This document shows positions 17,195 to 25,203 of a stretch of 56,445 bases of DNA, in pieces. The stretch's first letter is position 1; every line of letters starts with the position of its first letter. Made by a program: the position numbers and the translations under genes. The stretch comes from a virus. Taxonomy: Duplodnaviria > Caudoviricetes. The notes under the pieces are model-generated. The model was not told where the DNA came from and did not search any database. It was given only the letters and a program-made list of their open reading frames with translations. The stretch lies in the IMG/VR virus record IMGVR_UViG_3300031718_000013, positions 1-56,445 of that record. One strand, given 5' to 3'.

Positions 17195-18484
17195 ATGCCT
17201 ACCTTAGCAGGCGATGTAATCAACGCGGCGAGACTCGAGTGGCCTGACCCGCCACAGGTGCTCCCGCGTCCGATCGTCCTGAACGTCTCTCTATCCGCGG
17301 GCGGTTCTATTGCAGGCGGTTGGGCACCGGGCGTCACCGGCTTTTTCGTTGCGACCGCGAAGAATCAGTGGGGCGAGACGACAGCGACCGGCGAAGTGAG
17401 CTTGGCGACGACTCCTGGCAATCAGGTGTTCAAGGTCGAGGTTGGGACTGGCCCAGGCGTTACAAGCGTCCGCGTCTATTGGGGTCTGAGCACTGGACAA
17501 GAAACTCAGTATCTCGAAACCAGTATCATCGATCCGATCACCGGCCTTTTTGAAGTGCTCGTGCCGGCTCCGCAAGGTGGAAGTCCCGCGACTCCGCCTG
17601 TCAGCAATTCGGCGATTTTGCCGGACACCGATGGATCCGCCATCTCGGCGAGCCAAGCCTATGCGTGGCTGAACGATGGACTGACGGAGTTGACCGAGCT
17701 GGCTGGCGGGATTCTTGACTCAACCGGTATGCAGGGCATCGCGCAGAATATGTACTACGTGGTGCCGGGGAAGTGGTACGAGATCACCGAGATTCGCTGG
17801 GACAACTGGCCGGGATTCGCGGCAAAGCGAAACGAGGTCTTCTATCGGATCGTGCTCTCGGGCGTACCGACCTTGTTCACCGAGGAAGGCCGGACGTCTC
17901 AGCAGATAATCGGTGCGTGGCCTGCGCCGGGCGCTGACGGAAATCAGACGACGCTTCAAGGCGGCGCGGCCGGCTTGGGGCAACCGTTAGGCCCGACGGA
18001 TACCACGATGATCGTAGCGAACGCGCTGAACTTCACGGTGCAGCAGCGGGTGCTCATCGACAACGAAGTGATTCTCTACGGCCAGGTGAACGCGGGACCG
18101 GGGGGCAATTACACGCTCTCAGGCTTGATCCGCGGAGTAGGCGGGGCGCGCGCGGCAAGCCATGCGGTCAACGCGACCGTCACCGAGCTCAAGATCACGG
18201 TGGTTGGCTATCGCTATCCGACTCAGTACATGGTCGGAGATTCAGCGGCCACTCTCGACGTGCCACCAGCGTGGGAAGTGCCGATCCGCCAGTACATGAG
18301 GTATCGCTATCTGAGTCTCGAGCAGGGCGACGACGACGCGCAGAAAGTGTACGAGTCGTTTCAGGCGCATGGAAATAGACTACGCATTCAACGAATGGGA
18401 GCGGTGAGATCGTTGCAAGTCGGTCCACCGTTGCTCTCAGAGGATCCAGCGGGCGCGTGGGAAGGAAGAATCCTGATTCCTTAA
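17195..18484 (+). CDS. Probable head-tail adaptor (tail tubular A-like) with inserted beta domains
   Basis: LAGDVINAAR, WLNDGL.EL, IGAWPAP and D.P..W..PI..Y patterns; insert ID.EVI.Y...RGVGG. Confidence 0.55.
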   Translation: MPTLAGDVINAARLEWPDPPQVLPRPIVLNVSLSAGGSIAGGWAPGVTGFFVATAKNQWGETTATGEVSLATTPGNQVFKVEVGTGPGVTSVRVYWGLSTGQETQYLETSIIDPITGLFEVLVPAPQGGSPATPPVSNSAILPDTDGSAISASQAYAWLNDGLTELTELAGGILDSTGMQGIAQNMYYVVPGKWYEITEIRWDNWPGFAAKRNEVFYRIVLSGVPTLFTEEGRTSQQIIGAWPAPGADGNQTTLQGGAAGLGQPLGPTDTTMIVANALNFTVQQRVLIDNEVILYGQVNAGPGGNYTLSGLIRGVGGARAASHAVNATVTELKITVVGYRYPTQYMVGDSAATLDVPPAWEVPIRQYMRYRYLSLEQGDDDAQKVYESFQAHGNRLRIQRMGAVRSLQVGPPLLSEDPAGAWEGRILIP

Positions 18485-18493
18485 TGTAGGATT

Positions 18494-19519
18494 ATGGATC
18501 CGCAAGTATTAATGATGCTGCTCCCCTTGCTGCTACAAAACAGCGGTGGCAGTGCGGGGCCACCGATACAGGACATTCTTGCGTCGATCAGTGGTGGCGC
18601 GTTTCCGAGTCAGCCGGGATCGGGTAGTAGTTCGGGCGGTGGCGGTCTTGGGAGTTTGCTCGGACTACTAACGAGCGGAAGTCCTCTTGGAAGTATTTTG
18701 TTGTCTGGATCAGGCGGAATCGGTCTCGGAAACCTTATCGGTCCACTTCTGGGCGAACAGGGTGGCCTCGGCAGTTCTCTTGGCGGTCTCGGCGGTGCCG
18801 GCTTGGGCCTGCTCGCTGGTCTTCCGTTCGGCCCTATCGGGGCTATTCTCGGACCTCTGGTTGGCGGTTTCGGTGGCGATTTGCTCGGGGGATTGTTTGG
18901 TGGCGGAATCCCAAACACGGCGAAAACGGGCGCGATCGAATCGAACCTTGCGGCCTCGGGGAACCCCAGCGAGCAGTTGCTAGCGGACTTCATCAATAAT
19001 CAGGTGCTCGGCCAAGGCAAAGTGCTATCCAGTCCGGGCGGTGCGAACACTGGCAAGATGGCTCAGATCATCGAATGGCTGACGGGGCAATCGTTTCCCG
19101 GCCAGACGAAGGGCGGCGCGAACATCGGCGACATTGGCTTTTCAAACCCGGGTGAGATTCCAGTGCCGCGCGATCTGTCGAGGCTCAATCAGCTTTTCGG
19201 GGCATCGCCGGAATTGTCGGCCAGCGAGATTCTGCCGTTCCTGCCGCAGATCGAGGCGATGGTGGGCGGCAATGGCGCCGGCGGATTCAAAGACTTGGGC
19301 GGTCAAGTGCTGGCCCTGATCAACAGCGTGAGCGGGCAGCAGAAAGCGAACCAGGCGGGAGGATCGACGAACCCGACTGGAACCGGCGGGAATGCTCTCG
19401 CGGCCGCGTTCGGTGCGGGCGGTGGAAACCCGAATATGAGCAAGCTCAAGGCACAGCTCGCGCGACTAATGGGAAGCGGCGAAGGCGCGGGCGCTGGAAA
19501 CTTGGTGGGAGCGACCTGA
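18494..19519 (+). CDS. Gly/Leu-rich probable ejection (internal virion) protein
   Basis: Glycine-zipper-like hydrophobic stretch; position. Confidence 0.55.
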   Translation: MDPQVLMMLLPLLLQNSGGSAGPPIQDILASISGGAFPSQPGSGSSSGGGGLGSLLGLLTSGSPLGSILLSGSGGIGLGNLIGPLLGEQGGLGSSLGGLGGAGLGLLAGLPFGPIGAILGPLVGGFGGDLLGGLFGGGIPNTAKTGAIESNLAASGNPSEQLLADFINNQVLGQGKVLSSPGGANTGKMAQIIEWLTGQSFPGQTKGGANIGDIGFSNPGEIPVPRDLSRLNQLFGASPELSASEILPFLPQIEAMVGGNGAGGFKDLGGQVLALINSVSGQQKANQAGGSTNPTGTGGNALAAAFGAGGGNPNMSKLKAQLARLMGSGEGAGAGNLVGAT

Positions 19520-19713
19520 TGAGAATAAAAACCAACGAGCTACCTCCGGAGATCATTGTCGCGATCGAATTGACGTGCGAGATGATTCGCGCCGCGCGTG
19601 GGACGATGACCGCCGAATACATCGGCGATGCATTTGATCTTCTTCAAGCGAGGGCGCTCAAGTCGCTTTACGATCACCAAACCAACAAAGAGAAGTTGAG
19701 AGTGCTTAAATAA
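19519..19713 (+). CDS. Hypothetical protein
   Basis: TGATG and TAATG overlaps. Confidence 0.55.
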   Translation: MRIKTNELPPEIIVAIELTCEMIRAARGTMTAEYIGDAFDLLQARALKSLYDHQTNKEKLRVLK

Positions 19714-19952
19714 TGGCGCGACCGTTCGACAGCGTTGACTCCCCGTTGCAGAGGCAGCAGCCATTCTCGCAGTTTGGCGGTGCGCCGACGAGAGAGCCGA
19801 GGATGCAGCACCCGAAGGATACGAGTGCGGTCACGCATCCGGGATTTGAGCCGATGATGCAGCACGCGCCAATCGCGATCCTGATGGCCTTGCTTTCGCA
19901 TCCGGCGTTCGGGCCGTTGATCATCAGGATGCTTTTAGGAGCGAGTAGATGA
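19713..19952 (+). CDS. Hypothetical protein with hydrophobic C-terminus
   Basis: ORF track; coupled overlaps. Confidence 0.6.
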   Translation: MARPFDSVDSPLQRQQPFSQFGGAPTREPRMQHPKDTSAVTHPGFEPMMQHAPIAILMALLSHPAFGPLIIRMLLGASR

Positions 19953-20560
19953 ACCCTATTCTTCAAGCGATTCTGGCAGCACTCGGAACGGGTGGCGGTG
20001 GACTATTCGGCGGTCTCAACACGCCCGCGAGCGGCGGCGGTCTGTCTCCCGCGATTCTCGCGCAGCTTGGCATCACGGCTCCCGTCGCGGCAGGCGGTGC
20101 GAATCCCGGCATCCTGACTCAGCTCGGGCAGATGCTCAATCCAGCGAATCCGATGGCGGGCTTGCTCCAACTGGTCTCGGGTGGAGCGATGCTCCCGTTC
20201 GCATCGAAGGGCGAATCGTCGATCGAGAACGTAATGAGCTTTCTGAGCAATCCGCAGAAGTTCGCGAATCTCTTCAAGCAGATCGCGGCGCCGATGAATA
20301 AGACGCTGGTGAAGACTTTGCAGAGTGAGGGCGAGGGCGCTGCGGCGGAATCGGGACTCGGGCAATCGGCTGGCGCGGTATCATCAGCGGTTGCGAAAGC
20401 GGCGGCCCCTTACGTGCAGCAGAATATTTCGGCAGCACCGGGTAACGCGCTGAATCTCTTACAGCAGCAGATGGCCGGTGCGAGCCAGTTCGGCAGTCCC
20501 TATGCGGCGATCGCGCGGATGTTCCAGAATCCGGAGCAAGGGGGATCGTTGGGCTTCTAA
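19949..20560 (+). CDS. Probable ejection protein
   Basis: Gly/Ala/Gln-rich; AAESGLGQS motif; position. Confidence 0.55.
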   Translation: MNPILQAILAALGTGGGGLFGGLNTPASGGGLSPAILAQLGITAPVAAGGANPGILTQLGQMLNPANPMAGLLQLVSGGAMLPFASKGESSIENVMSFLSNPQKFANLFKQIAAPMNKTLVKTLQSEGEGAAAESGLGQSAGAVSSAVAKAAAPYVQQNISAAPGNALNLLQQQMAGASQFGSPYAAIARMFQNPEQGGSLGF

Positions 20561-21180
20561 TGGCTGGCGCAATCTTCGGTCCAATCGCCGGTCTTGCCGG
20601 ATTAGCGGCTAATAGTCGCAGCGCGGGCCAGCGCGAGGCTCAGCTCGAAGCGCTGAATCAGCTCAAAATGAGCGGAATGCTCGAAGAGAACGCGGCGAAC
20701 GCTTTCACTCTCAAACAGACGCAGGCCCAGGACGCAGCGCGCCAGAAGATTTTGAACGATCCGAAGACTCCGCAATCGGTGAAGGATGCTCTCGCGCTCG
20801 GGGCGACTCCGACGGACGCTCTCAAGATGCAGACGCAAATGCTCACGAGCAAGGTCGAGGCGGTGCTCCTTCAAATGCCGGACAAAGCCAGTCGGCAGGC
20901 GTTCTGGTCAACGGCGGCGGAAGCGAACCCGAGTCTCGTGATGACGCCGACGATCGCGAAACTGCTTGGGATCGGCGGAACCGACGATGATTATAACGCC
21001 GCGCGAACAGCGCTTGCGAAGTCGCGGACGACGCAGATCGACCTTCTGAACAAGATGATGCAAGACCCCGCGATGAAGGCGCTGGTTCTGAAAGCGCTCG
21101 GTGGTGGTGCATTGGGCGGACCGGATGACCTCGGGGGCGGAGCGACTGGCGCTCCCGACGATTTGGAAGAGATCAAGTAA
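20560..21180 (+). CDS. Probable ejection protein
   Basis: Helical Ala/Gln-rich; TAATG overlaps. Confidence 0.55.
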   Translation: MAGAIFGPIAGLAGLAANSRSAGQREAQLEALNQLKMSGMLEENAANAFTLKQTQAQDAARQKILNDPKTPQSVKDALALGATPTDALKMQTQMLTSKVEAVLLQMPDKASRQAFWSTAAEANPSLVMTPTIAKLLGIGGTDDDYNAARTALAKSRTTQIDLLNKMMQDPAMKALVLKALGGGALGGPDDLGGGATGAPDDLEEIK

Positions 21181-22118
21181 TGGCTGACACCACCTATCTC
21201 TACAGCCGATCGCGAAAGGCGTGGTTTGCCAAGGATGCCAGCGGGCACATTATCCAAGTGCCGGATGCTGCGGTGCCTCAAGCGAAGCGCGATGCGGTAT
21301 CGAAGAAATACGCTGCTGGTGGTGAAGGGCCGCCGACTGCTTCGAGCTTCGGTGTGCGAATGGGACCGTTCACTATCGGCAAGAAAACTCAGACCGGCAT
21401 GAGCGTGTCTGAGAAAGCGCAGCGCGAAAAACTTGATCGGGAATCCGCTGATCTGCTCCGACAGGCTACGGACCTTCAGCGGCTCTACCGCGAGAAAATC
21501 AAGCCCAAGCTCGACAGCGGGCAGATCAGTTCAACGAAGGCCGGCCTCCAATACACTCGCAGGGGCATGGCTCGAATGCTCGGACAGGGTGAACTCGATC
21601 CCGACGTCGAGAACTTCATCACCAAAACGGGACAATTCGCCACGGCGGTCAATTCGTTCTATATGCAGGCCGGCCAAGGTCGCGCGAGCGCACTCGGTTT
21701 CAAGACGATCGTGATGCCGCACGTTCCTCATCCGCCATCGGGACCGGGCGAAGTACTCGGGTTGGATTCCGGCGTGCCGCAATGGGATTTGCAGCAGCAG
21801 GGCGGACAGATCGACACGATCATCGACAACATCAAAAGGGAGCGCGCCGCGGGCTGGACGTTTCAGGAAGGTGGTGGAGCGAATCCTAGCGCGACGGCTA
21901 CGCCATCGAATCGCAAGCCGCTTCCGGGCGGATACACGCTCGATCCGGCCACCGGCAAGGTTTATCCGCCAAGTGCGACTCCGACGCCCACGGCCAAGCC
22001 AAATGCGATGCCGCCAGGATTGCCGGTTCCTTTGATGAAGCGGGCGGGCGCTGGTGCTAAACCACCGCCGAACCCGTTCAAGGTTTTGGAGATTCCGCCA
22101 ATGGTAGGCGGGGGCTGA
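21180..22118 (+). CDS. Probable internal virion protein
   Basis: ORF track; Pro-rich tail. Confidence 0.55.
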   Translation: MADTTYLYSRSRKAWFAKDASGHIIQVPDAAVPQAKRDAVSKKYAAGGEGPPTASSFGVRMGPFTIGKKTQTGMSVSEKAQREKLDRESADLLRQATDLQRLYREKIKPKLDSGQISSTKAGLQYTRRGMARMLGQGELDPDVENFITKTGQFATAVNSFYMQAGQGRASALGFKTIVMPHVPHPPSGPGEVLGLDSGVPQWDLQQQGGQIDTIIDNIKRERAAGWTFQEGGGANPSATATPSNRKPLPGGYTLDPATGKVYPPSATPTPTAKPNAMPPGLPVPLMKRAGAGAKPPPNPFKVLEIPPMVGGG

Positions 22119-22119
22119 T

Positions 22120-23448
22120 ATGGCCGACGAAACGCCAATCGATCCGAAAGACCTCCCGCCCGAAGTCGCGGCGGCCGCTGCTGCTGCTATGGGCGCGAAA
22201 GGTCAGAGCTGGTGGGAGCGGAATATCAAGCCGTACCAGAGGCCGGTCGCGAATGTGCTGGGCTACTGGCCACCCGGGACGCCGGACTTTATCAAGAAGC
22301 TCGGACCTCCAGGTGCAGCGAAGGAACTCAGCGAGCAGATCGTACCGAGTACCGCGACCGATGCGGCGCTGAATGCGCTCATGCTCGCGATGCCCGAAGG
22401 ACGGATGCTTGAAGCACTGCCGCCACCAGTGCGCGCATTGCTCAAGAGCCGGCTCGGCAGAATCGGGATGATGACCGGAGCGGGCTATGGGGCCGGCAAA
22501 CTGACTGGCGAGGGAGGCCCGAAAGGTGCGGCCAAGGGAGCGTTCGGACAGACTGCCGGTGAAGTGGGTAGCGTGGCCTTCCGGCGACTCACGGAGGGCA
22601 ACGAAGCGGCTCGGTATATACGCAATCTTGGACCGAAGATTCAGGATCAGTACCCGATAATTGGAAGCGCCTTGCAACGTCTCAAGAAGAATCTTTCGAC
22701 CGCGTCGGATTACCTAGTGTTTAAGGGTGGCATGAAGTCGCCAGCGATGAAGGAAGCGAGCGCCATTCTCGATGAGATGAAAACCGCCGTCGAGGGCGCA
22801 ATCGGCGGGCGTTATCAGGCGATGCGTCGTTCGCCCGCTTTTCAGAACCTGATTCGAGACAATCCGGCCGAGGCGAGAGAATTAGGCATCGGCACCGGAT
22901 CGCCGTTGACGTTTCGACGCATGGATGAATTTATCAGTCGCGCGCGCGCTAATGCGTACAGTCTCGCGACGGGCGCGGGGAAAGATGCCGCCAAGGCTGC
23001 CCGCATCAGAATCAACGCGGATCAAGCGCTCGACGATCTGGCGAGCCAACTGAACACACTCGCGCCGGGAAGTGGCGAACTATACAGGTCCGCTCAAGGC
23101 GACTGGCATCAAGCGCGGCAGTTGGCCGATATGTTCACCGAGAAAGGCGTCTTTGAGGGTGGAGCCGTCTCGCCATCGCGACTACAGGAACTGGCGATGG
23201 AGGGTGAGCGAACGGGATATTTCACCGACCTTGGTGACACGCCAGTACGGAGTCAGATTTTCCGAGGCGGTGACGCGACAGGTACGGATCGACCGCGTGG
23301 CGGCATTCGAATCCATTACGGTCACATGGGAGCGCATATTAATCCGTTCGGCACGAAGCGCGTCGGGGCGGAACCGGTCGAGCTTTACCACGGCATCCCG
23401 GCGATCACAGGGAAGGCCGTCGCGAATTGGTTCTCGGGGGATAACTGA
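22120..23448 (+). CDS. Probable internal virion/ejection protein
   Basis: 442 aa, helical and Gly/Ala-rich. Confidence 0.55.
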   Translation: MADETPIDPKDLPPEVAAAAAAAMGAKGQSWWERNIKPYQRPVANVLGYWPPGTPDFIKKLGPPGAAKELSEQIVPSTATDAALNALMLAMPEGRMLEALPPPVRALLKSRLGRIGMMTGAGYGAGKLTGEGGPKGAAKGAFGQTAGEVGSVAFRRLTEGNEAARYIRNLGPKIQDQYPIIGSALQRLKKNLSTASDYLVFKGGMKSPAMKEASAILDEMKTAVEGAIGGRYQAMRRSPAFQNLIRDNPAEARELGIGTGSPLTFRRMDEFISRARANAYSLATGAGKDAAKAARIRINADQALDDLASQLNTLAPGSGELYRSAQGDWHQARQLADMFTEKGVFEGGAVSPSRLQELAMEGERTGYFTDLGDTPVRSQIFRGGDATGTDRPRGGIRIHYGHMGAHINPFGTKRVGAEPVELYHGIPAITGKAVANWFSGDN

Positions 23449-23625
23449 TTGCCGAGTGTGTCAAATCGCCAGCGGCGCTTTTTCGGTGCCGAGCTTGGAA
23501 GGAAACGCCACGGCAAAGCAACCAAGACGAACATGCCTGAATCGCAGCTCAGGGACTTCGCGAAGAAGCCCATCGCAAAGAAGAGGTCAAAGGCGCGTAC
23601 CAAAAAGAGCGCGCACAGGAGATAG
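23449..23625 (+). CDS. Small basic protein, DUF3008-like
   Basis: MPSVSNRQRRFFGAELGRKR...MPESQLRDFAKK; manual translation from TTG. Confidence 0.6.
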   Translation: MPSVSNRQRRFFGAELGRKRHGKATKTNMPESQLRDFAKKPIAKKRSKARTKKSAHRR

Positions 23626-23629
23626 AGAT

Positions 23630-24187
23630 ATGAAAAGGATACTCGGAAAAGTGCTCGCTCTGCTTTTCGCCGTCTTGGTGATCGGAATCGCCGGATCGGC
23701 GCACGCGCAGACCGCGACCGCAACAGCAACTGCAACCGCCACGGCAACTGCGACTGCCACCGCTACTGCCACGGCCACAGCAACCGCGACCGCAACTGCG
23801 ACCGCGACTGCCACAGCCACACCGCAGCCGCCAGGAAACGTGGCTTGCCTCACGGCGAACTCGACGGCGAGCGGAACAAACTGTAGCGGCTGTACGCCTC
23901 TATTCATCTCGAACCCAGGGCGTCGCGGCTTGCAGTGCGAGAATCTGAGCTCGTCGATCGTGGCTACCTACTGCATTGCACCCGACAACGCTCCAAACAC
24001 GCTGACGGACCAGTGTACGAGCTTGCTCGGCTTCCAGTTGCCGGTGACGACCTCGGGCACTAACAACATCGTCACGTATCCGGCGACGGGAAGCATCGCA
24101 GGAAGCGCAGGGGCTGGTGCTCCGACAGGCGCGGTCTATCTCTCGACCGCCTCGTCAACGGCGCTCGTCTGCTGTCTGCAGTGGTGA
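23630..24187 (+). CDS. Signal-peptide protein with Thr-Ala linker and Cys-rich beta domain
   Basis: MKRILGKVLALLFAVLVIGIAGSAHA-Q, about 18 TA units, N..RR....EN.S motif. Confidence 0.8.
   Translation: MKRILGKVLALLFAVLVIGIAGSAHAQTATATATATATATATATATATATATATATATATATATPQPPGNVACLTANSTASGTNCSGCTPLFISNPGRRGLQCENLSSSIVATYCIAPDNAPNTLTDQCTSLLGFQLPVTTSGTNNIVTYPATGSIAGSAGAGAPTGAVYLSTASSTALVCCLQW
23711..23821 (+). repeat. Coding (Thr-Ala)n repeat, ACN-GCN hexamers
   Basis: Seen directly; third codon positions vary. Confidence 0.95.
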
Positions 24188-24188
24188 C

Positions 24189-24536
24189 GTGAAGAGGCGA
24201 CTTATATGGCTGGCGCTGGCGTTTGGCCTTTGGTGGTCGACGCCAGCGCTCGCCAACGGGGTCTCGGCGTCCTATGCGTGTCTGAGCACAGGCTCGACGC
24301 AGCTAGTCGGAATAAACGGTGGCCGCAAGGGATTCATGTGGCAGAACACCGGAACCGTTCCCGAGGTCATCGCGATCGGAACCGGGAATGGGTGTAATGG
24401 TGCCGGCCCGAATGGGACGGTCCTATATCCTGGCGACGTCTGGAAACTGCCGGATGGATCTGAGCCGGTCCCGACGGCGGACATTTCCTGCTGCACAGCG
24501 ACGGGAACCGGGGTAGTCTCCGGGATGGAGTGGTAG
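24189..24536 (+). CDS. Signal-peptide Cys-rich protein, paralogous to the previous domain
   Basis: MKRRLIWLALAFGLWWSTPALA-N; NGGRKGFMWQNTG versus NPGRRGLQCENLS; both end in W. Confidence 0.7.
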   Translation: MKRRLIWLALAFGLWWSTPALANGVSASYACLSTGSTQLVGINGGRKGFMWQNTGTVPEVIAIGTGNGCNGAGPNGTVLYPGDVWKLPDGSEPVPTADISCCTATGTGVVSGMEW

Positions 24537-24760
24537 CCATGAAGCGAGAAATAGCGTCAGAACCCGGCAAGGACGAGAAGCCTCGCTACTCCGTTCACTT
24601 TCATGCGGAAGGTGACTCGATGGATGACCTCCACCGGAAGATGGGCAAAGCTTTCGGCAAGGATGGCGGTTCCAAAGAGGGCGAGAACAAGCGCCCGAAT
24701 CGACGCGCGCGGAAGTCCATGAAGCGCGATATGAAGAAGCACGGTGCAAAGAGAGGCTGA
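24530..24760 (+). CDS. Small basic protein ending MKKHGAKRG
   Basis: ORF track. Confidence 0.65.
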   Translation: MVAMKREIASEPGKDEKPRYSVHFHAEGDSMDDLHRKMGKAFGKDGGSKEGENKRPNRRARKSMKRDMKKHGAKRG

Positions 24761-24765
24761 CCCCC

Positions 24766-25203
24766 ATGAAGCGATTTCTGATCGTGCTTTCTGTCGGCCT
24801 GCTCGTGTGGCTGGTGTGGATCGCGTCCGCAAAGGCTCAGACGATACCCCAGCGCGCGAAGATTAGCGCTGCCGTGGGTTCGCCAGCCGCCGCGGTGAGC
24901 TGCGGTCCTGCCGCTCCATCAGGTTCGACGCTCCCTCTCGTGAATCACCTGACCGGCTATACAGTCATGTGCGGGAAGGCCAGCGGAACGACCAGCGAAG
25001 CGACCGTGACCGTGACCGGGCTGAGTGGAGGCACCGCCACGCTCGGATATATAGACGAGTCTCAAACCGGCGTCTCCTTTATTGCGGAAGACCTGACCTA
25101 TCCCGCGATTGCGGCGTCGGGGTCGTCGGCGATCACGATCTCCATGCCGGCCGTGACGAACGGAGGACCGTGTACGTGTGTCGCCATCTACGCACAGTAT
25201 TAA
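24766..25203 (+). CDS. Signal-peptide beta-rich protein
   Basis: MKRFLIVLSVGLLVWLVWIASAKA-Q. Confidence 0.75.
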   Translation: MKRFLIVLSVGLLVWLVWIASAKAQTIPQRAKISAAVGSPAAAVSCGPAAPSGSTLPLVNHLTGYTVMCGKASGTTSEATVTVTGLSGGTATLGYIDESQTGVSFIAEDLTYPAIAASGSSAITISMPAVTNGGPCTCVAIYAQY

